Below, piece by piece: positions 18,224 to 25,304 of a stretch of DNA of 38,624 bases. Origin of the DNA: Candidatus Adlerbacteria bacterium (GTDB taxonomy: Bacteria > Patescibacteriota > Minisyncoccia > Phycocordibacterales > SBAW01); contig CAIWUA010000053.1 of assembly GCA_903915735.1 (NCBI GenBank), forward strand, positions 1 to 38,624, in the 5' to 3' direction. The position numbers and the translations under genes were made by a program. Numbering within the stretch: the first letter of the stretch is position 1; each line of letters starts with the position of its first letter. The notes beneath the pieces are model-generated. The model did not search any database. It had not been told where the DNA came from and was given only the letters and a program-made list of their open reading frames with translations.

Positions 18224-19652
18224 ACGCAAAAAATTATTTTTGGTTGGCTGGGCAAGCCTCTTGTCGGAGCAAATTTATTCGGTACACAAACTCGCTAAGG
18301 AGCACGACATTCTTTATTGGGTGCGGATCAAGGACGTGGTCCCATTTGAGGAAAAGGATTTTCCTAACACCCTATTTCATGACTACCGCGACGCGCTTGC
18401 CGCACGGCCCGCGCCCGGTATCGATGCGTCCGGTTTTGGCATACCCTCAGCGAAAGAGTTCGGCGCCTTGGCGGATGTCGAAGCAGAGTTTATGGTCATG
18501 ACCGAAAAGTGGTATGAGAGCTGGTCTATCAATCGCCGGAAGGAACTTTTTTATGAGATGGTGCGCTACTGGGGCGGGGTGCTGGATATGTTGCGGCCCG
18601 ACGCTATTGTCATGACCGACATACCGCACGAAATGTACAGTTTTGTGCTCTATCATTTGGCAAAACGTCGCGGCATCGGGACTATCATGTTTGAAAACGT
18701 GCTGAGGTACGACCGGCTGCTCATGTACCGTGATTATAATGACGGCAATCCGGCGCTCTCGATGGTAGCAAAAATCGGCTACCCCCACCGTGAGCTCGCC
18801 AGCTTGCCTTTGGACATACAAGAGCAGTATCTCGAACAGACCGGACAAAAAGAGCCCACGCCAAAATATATGGGTACTTTCAAACAGGAGCATACCGGGT
18901 GGGGAAAGCTGCGTCGTACGACAAAAGCCCTGGTGCCGTTTATCAAAGACGGGAGCATCATCGAGCGGGGAGTCACGAGGCTTTTTAAGCTGTTAAAGCC
19001 TTCGATACGGAGCGAGTTTGCGCGCTACGTCGGCGTGGCGCAGTATGGTGTGCCCTTCGTGTACGTGCCACTCCATTATCAGCCCGAACGCACCTCAAGC
19101 CCGCAAGGGGGAGTCTTTTCGGACCAGATGCTTTTGGTTAAGACGCTTGCTGCCTCGTTGCCCGCAGGATGGAGGCTGTTGGTAAAAGAGCATCCCAATC
19201 AGTGGCTGCCGCACGGCGACGATTATACGCCGTATCGCTACCCCGGGTTTTATGAAGAGCTTGCCAAGATACCCGGCGTGATCCTTGTCCCGCTTTCGAC
19301 CAGCACGTTCGAGCTTATCGAACATGCGCAGGCGGTGTCGACCATCAGCGGCATCCCGGCATGGGAGGGACTGTTGCGCGGCAAGCCGGCGATCCTGTTT
19401 GGTTGTTCGTGGTTTATGCACGCGCCCGGTGTGTACCGGGTGGACAGCGTAGCGTCCTGTCGCCAGGCGCTAGCAGAGATAGCCGCCGCGGGCGGCCCAT
19501 CGGCCCAGTCGATGGTCGATTATCTTGGTGCGCTCGGGGACGCGAGCGTGCAAGGCTACCTCGACGTCTATGGTCGCGCGTGGGCGCCGTACTCGCCCGA
19601 GGAGTATGCGCGCAATCTGTCCGGCGCGATAAGCGAGGCGCTTGCGACATGA
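18207..19652 (+). CDS. Capsule polysaccharide biosynthesis protein, KpsC/KpsS-like (Capsule_synth family), paralog of 14857-16350
   Basis: ATG at 18207; the track start at 18195 is a TTG. Motifs YVPLHYQPE, LLVKEHPNQ and TISGIPAWEGLLRGKPAILFG. Overlaps the ABC gene's 3' end. Confidence 0.6.
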   Translation: MAPVHKRKKLFLVGWASLLSEQIYSVHKLAKEHDILYWVRIKDVVPFEEKDFPNTLFHDYRDALAARPAPGIDASGFGIPSAKEFGALADVEAEFMVMTEKWYESWSINRRKELFYEMVRYWGGVLDMLRPDAIVMTDIPHEMYSFVLYHLAKRRGIGTIMFENVLRYDRLLMYRDYNDGNPALSMVAKIGYPHRELASLPLDIQEQYLEQTGQKEPTPKYMGTFKQEHTGWGKLRRTTKALVPFIKDGSIIERGVTRLFKLLKPSIRSEFARYVGVAQYGVPFVYVPLHYQPERTSSPQGGVFSDQMLLVKTLAASLPAGWRLLVKEHPNQWLPHGDDYTPYRYPGFYEELAKIPGVILVPLSTSTFELIEHAQAVSTISGIPAWEGLLRGKPAILFGCSWFMHAPGVYRVDSVASCRQALAEIAAAGGPSAQSMVDYLGALGDASVQGYLDVYGRAWAPYSPEEYARNLSGAISEALAT

Positions 19653-20407
19653 AAGTAAAAACTCTTTTTACCATGGGTTGGGGTTGGGCTGTGCGCTACA
19701 CGCTCAAGCGTGCTCGGTTTAAACTCGGATTCTTGTGGTCAAAGATAATCGGCCGAAGGTATTGGGTGGTTGCTGTTGGCGGCACCAAAGTAAAATTGAG
19801 CTTTAGTACGCCCTACCACGAGCGGCTCGGCTCTTTTTTGCACCGTGGCTTGCACGAAAAAAAGTTGCTCGAGTGGTGGGCAAGCGAGGCTCGCGACAAA
19901 CGGGTGGTATATGACGTCGGCGGCTTTAACGGCGTCTATGGGATTGTGGCGGCCACAATAAATCCGGCGGCCGTCGTGCACATCTTCGAGCCGGACCCGG
20001 TCAACATCACCCACATCGAGGAAAATGTTCGCCTCAATGGCGTACGCAATTGCGTGGTCGAGCGAAAGGCAGTCGGGGACGAAGACGGATTTCTTTTGTT
20101 TGCGGGCGACGGCAGCACGGGCGGCAGGTTGTCGCCGCAAGGCACCTTGCGCGTGCCGGTGGTGCGACTCGATTCATACGAGGCGCCCGACCTAGTAAAG
20201 ATAGATGTCGAGGGCGGGGAGTGTGCCGTCTTGCGCGGGGCGCAACAAGCATTGCAACGTGCGCCTTCGATGTTGCTTGAGGTCGGCCCTGCAACGCCTT
20301 TGGCCGAATTAAAAACGCTTCTTTTGCCGCTGGGGTACCACTTGCCCGAGCAGGTGCCTCCTGGCAACTACATAAGCCAAAAAGGCACCCTCGTGTTTGC
20401 CGATTAG
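19649..20407 (+). CDS. FkbM-family SAM-dependent methyltransferase
   Basis: ATG at 19649 in an ATGA overlap with the upstream stop. VYDVGGFNGVYG and LVKIDVEGGECAVL are typical of FkbM/Methyltransf_21. Confidence 0.75.
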   Translation: MKVKTLFTMGWGWAVRYTLKRARFKLGFLWSKIIGRRYWVVAVGGTKVKLSFSTPYHERLGSFLHRGLHEKKLLEWWASEARDKRVVYDVGGFNGVYGIVAATINPAAVVHIFEPDPVNITHIEENVRLNGVRNCVVERKAVGDEDGFLLFAGDGSTGGRLSPQGTLRVPVVRLDSYEAPDLVKIDVEGGECAVLRGAQQALQRAPSMLLEVGPATPLAELKTLLLPLGYHLPEQVPPGNYISQKGTLVFAD

Positions 20408-20413
20408 TAGGTA

Positions 20414-20426
20414 GGGGTCAGACACC
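20414..20426. repeat. Left 13-mer GGGGTCAGACACC (near-palindrome), preceded by GTAGGTAG
   Basis: Read directly. 12 of 13 positions match the reverse complement of 21099-21111; only the central base differs. Confidence 0.7.
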
Positions 20427-20444
20427 TCAACATTAAAATAGTTG

Positions 20445-20453
20445 TGGCATAAT
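20445..20453 (+). promoter_or_regulatory. Extended -10 TGGCATAAT, 6 nt upstream of the RAYT ATG
   Basis: tgg at 20445-20447 and cataat at 20448-20453, then taatac, then the ATG at 20460. Confidence 0.4.
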
Positions 20454-20459
20454 TAATAC

Positions 20460-21083
20460 ATGGCTCGGCAGCCTCGCATCGATTTAGGTGATTATGTATA
20501 TCACGTCATCAACCGTTCCAACGGCCGTGCACAGATATTTTTCAACGATGAGGATTATCAGGACTTCGAGCATCTCCTTAACGAAATGGCGGAAACTTAC
20601 GAGATGCGAATATTGGGTTACGTCCTTATGCCCAACCATTGGCATCTCCTCTTGTATCCTCGACAAGACAAAGATCTCGCCAAAGCTCTACAATGGCTTG
20701 GCACTACCCACGCCCGCCGGCACCATTCTCGCAAAGGAACCGTCGGTGGCGGGCATTTATATCAAGGGCGCTATAAATCCTTTCTGATTCAAGAAGATCT
20801 ACACCTACTTACTGTACTGAAATATATTGAACGTAATCCTGTACGGGCCAAACTCTGTACGAGGACCGAGTTGTGGTCATGGGGGAGCGCCTATCGCCGA
20901 AAGAACAAACTCAAGAAGCCCAAACTTTCCGCACTGCCAATTGATTTACCGCGTGACTACACAGAATGGGTCAACATACCGGAGTCAGCCGAGCAGCTAA
21001 AATCCATCCGACAGTCGGTCAATAGGGGTGTACCATATGGGGAGGAGAGGTGGATAAAAAGATGGAATAATATTAAACAATAG
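20460..21083 (+). CDS. IS200-like Y1 (HUH) transposase / REP-associated tyrosine transposase (RAYT)
   Basis: 207 aa. HUH motif in MPNHWHLLLYP and the catalytic-Tyr region LKYIERNPVRAKL. N-terminus MARQPRIDLGDYVYHVINRSNGRAQIF is typical of this family. Confidence 0.8.
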   Translation: MARQPRIDLGDYVYHVINRSNGRAQIFFNDEDYQDFEHLLNEMAETYEMRILGYVLMPNHWHLLLYPRQDKDLAKALQWLGTTHARRHHSRKGTVGGGHLYQGRYKSFLIQEDLHLLTVLKYIERNPVRAKLCTRTELWSWGSAYRRKNKLKKPKLSALPIDLPRDYTEWVNIPESAEQLKSIRQSVNRGVPYGEERWIKRWNNIKQ

Positions 21084-21098
21084 TTTATGACTTTTTGT

Positions 21099-21111
21099 GG
21101 TGTCAGACCCC
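21099..21111. repeat. Right 13-mer GGTGTCAGACCCC, the inverted partner of 20414-20426
   Basis: Read directly. It starts 16 nt after the RAYT stop. Confidence 0.7.
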
Positions 21112-21117
21112 AGACCC
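21104..21117 (+). repeat. Tandem 7-mer CAGACCC x2 overlapping the right 13-mer
   Basis: cagaccc at 21104-21110 and cagaccc at 21111-21117, read directly. Confidence 0.7.
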
Positions 21118-21133
21118 CCAGCACGCTTTATAT

Positions 21134-21397
21134 ATGAATACACTCATTTCTTTAATTCTTGGGATTGTTGGTATTTTATGTATTATTTATTTTCGCCGAG
21201 TGGCACATTTTTGTGCCGCATTCATGGCAAAACGATTTCGTGAAATTTATGGCAGGTACGCAACGGAGCGGGGTTGGGATAATCCAAATACTCAGTTTAA
21301 TAAATACTTTTACCGAGGTATCGTTTTATTTTTTGGATTTTTCTTACTAATTATGTCCTTCCACGAGTTCTTTGGAACGTTATATCTTAATCAATAG
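21134..21397 (+). CDS. Small (87-aa) two-TM membrane protein, function unknown
   Basis: ATG at 21134 (MNTLISLILGIVGILCIIYF...) and a second hydrophobic span GIVLFFGFFLLIMSF. The track ORF from 21095 starts at a TTG inside the repeat. AT-rich. Confidence 0.45.
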   Translation: MNTLISLILGIVGILCIIYFRRVAHFCAAFMAKRFREIYGRYATERGWDNPNTQFNKYFYRGIVLFFGFFLLIMSFHEFFGTLYLNQ

Positions 21398-21414
21398 TCA
21401 AAGCAAAAATAATT

Positions 21415-21585
21415 ATGGCGTTTTTTAATTACTCCAACCCAATTTACTTCATAGCCGCAGCTTCATTTCTAGTAGCGGTGTTGTTGATAGTGTATAAAAA
21501 AGAAAAGATTTCTCCTCGGTCATGGTCCATGATTGTTTTTATAACGATTATCCTCATTGGGTCTTTACTTCTCAAATTTCACTAA
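21415..21585 (+). CDS. Small (56-aa) two-TM membrane protein, function unknown (below the ORF-track cutoff)
   Basis: Hand translation: MAFFNYSNPIYFIAAASFLVAVLLIVYKKEKISPRSWSMIVFITIILIGSLLLKFH*. Two hydrophobic helices are separated by a basic loop. Confidence 0.35.
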   Translation: MAFFNYSNPIYFIAAASFLVAVLLIVYKKEKISPRSWSMIVFITIILIGSLLLKFH

Positions 21586-21735
21586 AAACAGAGCCTAAAA
21601 ACACCACTCAGTCCCTACTCCTCCTACGACCGCAACGGCAACCGCGTCTTTGCAGGCACAGGTACCCCAACCCAACCCTTAATAAAGAGGTAATTTACCT
21701 TTGCAACTAAAGCTCTTCTCAGGGGGTTATAGCTA

Positions 21736-21744
21736 TGGTATAGT
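21736..21744 (+). promoter_or_regulatory. Extended -10 TGGTATAGT, 19 nt upstream of the pseB ATG
   Basis: tgg at 21736-21738 and tatagt at 21739-21744. It is the first strong promoter-like motif after the AT-rich island. Confidence 0.45.
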
Positions 21745-21763
21745 CACGCGCGTCTAACAACGT

Positions 21764-22759
21764 ATGTATACCCTCAAAAATAAGGTTATTTTGATCACCG
21801 GCGGGACAGGCTCCTTTGGCAAAGCCTGTGTTAAAAAAATCCTCGATGAGCACGATCCTAAGGCTATCCGCATCTACAGCCGCGACGAGCTTAAGCAGTG
21901 GGAGATGCAGCGCGAGTTTAACTCGGATAAACTGCGCTTTTTGATAGGCGATGTGCGCGACGCCGAGCGTCTTACCCGCGCCTGCGAGGGGGTCGACGTT
22001 GTCATACACGCGGCTGCGCTTAAGCAGGTGCCCGCATGCGAGTACAACCCGATGGAGGCGGTTAAGACCAACATCAACGGCGCGATGAACGTTATTAACG
22101 CGGCGCTCGACAACAATGTCGACAAAGTGATTGCCCTGTCGACCGACAAGGCCGCCGGACCGGTCAATATTTATGGCGCGACCAAGCTTGCCTCAGATAG
22201 GCTCTTTATCCAATCCAACTCGTACCGCGGCCCTATGCGCGACACGCAGTTTTCGGTGGTGCGCTACGGCAACGTGATGGGCAGCCGCGGCAGCGTTATA
22301 CCGCTCTTTCGCAAACAGCGCGAAACCGGCACGGTCACCATTACCGACAAGCGCATGACGCGCTTTTGGATCACGCTCCCGCAAGCGGTCGACTTTGTGC
22401 TGTCGAGCTTGGCGGTTATGCAGGGCGGCGAGCTGTTTGTCCCCAAGATCCCCAGCATGACCATGCTCGAGCTGGCCAAGACCATTGCGCCCAAAGCAAA
22501 AATAAAAATGATCGGCATCCGCCCCGGCGAAAAGCTGCACGAGTGGCTTATCTCGCCGGGCGAGGCGCGCACCGGTCTTGAGATGAAGGATCGCTACATC
22601 ATTCTTTCAGAGTCGCAGGACGGGTGGAGCCACGATATGAGCCGCTACCCGGCCGCACGCAAGGTTAAAGAGGGGTTTGAGTACAACAGCCGCGACAACA
22701 AGAGCTACCTGAGCACCAAGGCTATGTTGGCGCTTCTCAACGAGCTCGATTTGGCCTAA
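21764..22759 (+). CDS. pseB: UDP-N-acetylglucosamine 4,6-dehydratase (inverting), PseB/FlaA1 type
   Basis: 331 aa. ILITGGTGSFGK, IYSRDELKQWEMQ, HAAALKQVPACEYNPMEAVKTNI, LSTDKA and YGATKL correspond closely to PseB/FlaA1 proteins. Confidence 0.85.
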   Translation: MYTLKNKVILITGGTGSFGKACVKKILDEHDPKAIRIYSRDELKQWEMQREFNSDKLRFLIGDVRDAERLTRACEGVDVVIHAAALKQVPACEYNPMEAVKTNINGAMNVINAALDNNVDKVIALSTDKAAGPVNIYGATKLASDRLFIQSNSYRGPMRDTQFSVVRYGNVMGSRGSVIPLFRKQRETGTVTITDKRMTRFWITLPQAVDFVLSSLAVMQGGELFVPKIPSMTMLELAKTIAPKAKIKMIGIRPGEKLHEWLISPGEARTGLEMKDRYIILSESQDGWSHDMSRYPAARKVKEGFEYNSRDNKSYLSTKAMLALLNELDLA

Positions 22760-22770
22760 ACTGAGCGTAT

Positions 22771-23832
22771 ATGACCTTCGCCAAAAGCTTTAAGATAGGG
22801 GACCGAAAAGTGGGCGAGGGCGCACCGACGTATTTTATCGCCGAGATAGGCGCTAACTTTGACGGCAACCTAGAGCTTGCCAAAAAGTACGCGCTCGAGG
22901 CTAAAAAAATCGGCGCCGATTGTGCCAAGATACAAACCTTTACCGCCAAAAAAATAGTCTCGCGCGAGGCCTTTGCAAAGATGCAGTTAAAGGGCGTGCA
23001 CGGCAGCTGGAAGCGCCCCGTAGACGAGGTGTTTAAAGAGGTCGAGTTTCCTCACGCATGGCACAAAGAGTTTTTTGAGTACTGTTGGAGCATCGGCATT
23101 ACGCCGTCGACCGCCGCTTATGACAAAGAGGCCGTCGACTTGGTCGACAAGCTTGGTATCGAATTTTATAAAATAGGCTCGGGTGATATCACGTGGCTCG
23201 AGATGGTCGAGTATGTGGCGCGCAAGGGCAAGCCGGTAGTGCTGGCGACCGGCGCGGCGACGCTTGCCGAGGTAGACGAGGCCGTGCGCACGATCGAAAA
23301 GACCGGCAACAAAAATCTTGCACTCCTGCAGTGCATCACCAACTATCCGTCAAAGTTTGAGAGTGCCAACATTAACGTGCTCAACACCTACCGCGACGCG
23401 TTTGGCGCGGTGGTTGGCTACTCGGACCACACGCCGGGCGACACGGTGGTGCTTGGCTCGGTGGCGATAGGCGCCAAAGTGATAGAGAAGCATATTACCT
23501 TTGACCGCGCTAACAAAGGCCCCGACCACCCGCACTCGATGACATTTGATGAGTTTGGCGCCATGATCCGCCGCACTCGCGAGCTCGAAAAGGCGATGGG
23601 CACCGGTGTTAAAGAGGTGGTGGCCGAGGAGGCCGAGACGGTCATCGTCCAGCGCCGCGGGCTCACGGCCGCTGCACGTATTACTAAGGGCCAAAAATTT
23701 ACCGCTAAAAATGTGGCGGTCCTGCGCCCCGCGCTTGGCATCCCGCCTAAATTTAAAAGCGCCATTGTCGGCAAGAGCGCCAAAAAGACTCTTGCCCAGG
23801 GCGCCCCTATCCACTGGGAGGATATTGCTTAA
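22771..23832 (+). CDS. Nonulosonic acid synthase, NeuB/PseI/LegI/SpsE family, with a C-terminal SAF domain
   Basis: 353 aa. YFIAEIGANFDGNLELAKK, KIGSGDITW, GYSDHT, IEKHITFD. C-terminal SAF-like region RRGLTAAARITKGQKFTAKNVAVLRP. Confidence 0.85.
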   Translation: MTFAKSFKIGDRKVGEGAPTYFIAEIGANFDGNLELAKKYALEAKKIGADCAKIQTFTAKKIVSREAFAKMQLKGVHGSWKRPVDEVFKEVEFPHAWHKEFFEYCWSIGITPSTAAYDKEAVDLVDKLGIEFYKIGSGDITWLEMVEYVARKGKPVVLATGAATLAEVDEAVRTIEKTGNKNLALLQCITNYPSKFESANINVLNTYRDAFGAVVGYSDHTPGDTVVLGSVAIGAKVIEKHITFDRANKGPDHPHSMTFDEFGAMIRRTRELEKAMGTGVKEVVAEEAETVIVQRRGLTAAARITKGQKFTAKNVAVLRPALGIPPKFKSAIVGKSAKKTLAQGAPIHWEDIA

Positions 23833-23834
23833 CC

Positions 23835-24422
23835 ATGACACCCCGAGAGCAATTTATTGCTGTCATCAGCAACGACACGCTTAAAAAAGCGGATGCAATA
23901 GTGATACTCGAGGGTGACGGTCTTGCCCGCATCCCCGAAGCGGCGCGTTTGTACAAAGAGGGTTGGGCGCCGCTGGTTGTCATTTCAGGCGGCATTAAAA
24001 ATCCTCCGCACAGTATTACTGCGTCGGAGATGCTGCCCGCGGTTGTGGCAGCCGGCGTCCCCGCGAGCGCGGTAGTGCTTGAAGAAAAGTCTCAACACAC
24101 TCGCGACCAGGCGGTAGAACTTGCAGCGCTGTGCCAAGCACGCGGGTGGAGCCGGCTTATTATTGTCGCATCGCACTATCATCAGTACCGCGCATACCTA
24201 ACGTTGCTTAAAGGTCTTATCGAGGCGGGGCTCGAGCGCACCGTGCAGCTTATTAATGCGCCGGCGCGCAGCCTGCCGTGGTTTGCACAAGATGCGCAAG
24301 GCAAGCGCATAGACTTGCTTGCGGGGGAGTTTGAACGTCTCGAGTTGTACGCGCCCAAGGGGCACTTGGCTACATTTGAGGATGCGATACTTTACCAAGA
24401 GTGGAAGGAGCAGCAGATATAA
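23835..24422 (+). CDS. DUF218 / YdcF-ElyC family protein
   Basis: 195 aa. ADAIVILEGDG...LVVISGG...SQHTRDQA...IIVASHYHQYRA is typical of DUF218. Confidence 0.65.
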   Translation: MTPREQFIAVISNDTLKKADAIVILEGDGLARIPEAARLYKEGWAPLVVISGGIKNPPHSITASEMLPAVVAAGVPASAVVLEEKSQHTRDQAVELAALCQARGWSRLIIVASHYHQYRAYLTLLKGLIEAGLERTVQLINAPARSLPWFAQDAQGKRIDLLAGEFERLELYAPKGHLATFEDAILYQEWKEQQI

Positions 24423-24428
24423 AAAGAT

Positions 24429-24941
24429 ATGAAAAAACTCCCTTGGCAGTATGAGTTTGAGGACCGCGGCGATGTGGTTGCGGTGCGCGCGCAATCGGGC
24501 GTAACACTCAACCAGATGCGCGAGTACTTTGGCATGGACCCGGCCGCCGAGCCCTGCTTTTATAACCAAGACTGGTATCTTAAAGAGGATTTTGCAGCTA
24601 CCACCGCCACCGACGGAGAGTGGCACGTGCTGCACAAGAATGTCCGCGAGGAGTGGCGCGCAAAGATGCCTCAGGATATCGAGGCTGCGCTTGCCGGCAA
24701 CGAGCGACTCCCCACCGCGGTAACGGCCGCCTTTGTCTTTTTTGTCTATTGGTACGAGACGGGCGGGAAGCGGCTATGGGAGCACGACTTTGTGTGGTGC
24801 AGCGACACGGACCACAACGGCGACCGCATCTATGTTGGGCGCTACGAAGACCCGACCGGCGTCAACAAAAACGGCTTTAACATCCACCGGCACCTCGCCT
24901 TGCGCCCGGCCTACAGCGCCGCCCCGGAGGTGCTTAGCTAA
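24429..24941 (+). CDS. Hypothetical protein (170 aa), no recognisable family
   Basis: Long ORF with codon usage like its neighbours and a 6-nt gap from the upstream gene. No motif recognised. Confidence 0.5.
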   Translation: MKKLPWQYEFEDRGDVVAVRAQSGVTLNQMREYFGMDPAAEPCFYNQDWYLKEDFAATTATDGEWHVLHKNVREEWRAKMPQDIEAALAGNERLPTAVTAAFVFFVYWYETGGKRLWEHDFVWCSDTDHNGDRIYVGRYEDPTGVNKNGFNIHRHLALRPAYSAAPEVLS

Positions 24942-24943
24942 GC
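24932..24943. repeat. 12-bp perfect palindrome GCTTAGCTAAGC holding the stop codons of two convergent genes
   Basis: Read directly. Both genes end CTT AGC TAA (-LS*) on their own strand. An adjacent TTTTTTAAAAAA palindrome lies at 24944-24955. Confidence 0.9.
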
Positions 24944-25245
24944 TTTTTTAAAAAATACTGCGCGCGTAGTTGCAAGTGTTTGTTTTTATCGTTTGCGGCC
25001 CAAGCCTCGAGCTGCTCTGGTGGGATGCGGTGCGCGAGGCCCATCAGCAAAAGTACGTCGGGTGCGAGCGAGTCTATAAGATTGTATTTGACCAGCAACT
25101 TTTCAAGAGTGCCGCGCAGGGTGTTGATGCGGCCGTTGTCGTCGCCTGCCTCGCCAAACACCTGCATGGTCGTGCCAAACGACACGTGGTTGTAGAGCAC
25201 GCCGACCAGCGCCTTTTCCTCCCCCTCGTTAAGCGTTTGTTCCAT
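24934..25245 (-). CDS. Hypothetical protein (103 aa), no recognisable family
   Basis: ORF with its own extended -10 box upstream and a terminator separating it from the upstream minus-strand gene. Confidence 0.5.
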   Translation of the reverse strand: MEQTLNEGEEKALVGVLYNHVSFGTTMQVFGEAGDDNGRINTLRGTLEKLLVKYNLIDSLAPDVLLLMGLAHRIPPEQLEAWAANDKNKHLQLRAQYFLKKLS

Positions 25246-25254
25246 ATTGTGGCT

Positions 25255-25263
25255 AGTATATCA
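25255..25263 (-). promoter_or_regulatory. Extended -10 TGATATACT (minus strand), 9 nt upstream of the ATG at 25245
   Basis: The reverse complement of 25255-25263 (agtatatca) is tgatatact. It is the same 9-mer as the box at 26358-26366. Confidence 0.4.
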
Positions 25264-25271
25264 AAAAGAAA

Positions 25272-25299
25272 AAGACCGGAGCGCGAACGCTCCGGTCTT
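25272..25299. terminator. Bidirectional intrinsic terminator (12-bp perfect stem, 4-nt loop cgaa)
   Basis: aagaccggagcg-cgaa-cgctccggtctt, flanked by aaaaagaaaaa on one side and tatatttta on the other. Confidence 0.75.
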
Positions 25300-25304
25300 A
25301 TATT

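Larger units (their letters stand above)
20407..21117 (+). mobile_element. RAYT/IS200-like unit: GTAGGTAG + 13-mer, Y1 transposase gene, inverted 13-mer + tandem 7-mer
   Basis: Left flank gtaggtaGGGGTCAGACACC. Right flank GGTGTCAGACCCC followed by cagaccc x2. The whole segment is visibly AT-rich relative to both flanks. Confidence 0.55.

Noticed and set aside
21522-21710. A 62-aa ORF (MVHDCFYNDYPHWVF...) in the AT-rich island.
   Set aside because: It overlaps the better-supported two-TM 56-aa ORF in another frame and has no start context or recognisable features. It is probably spurious.
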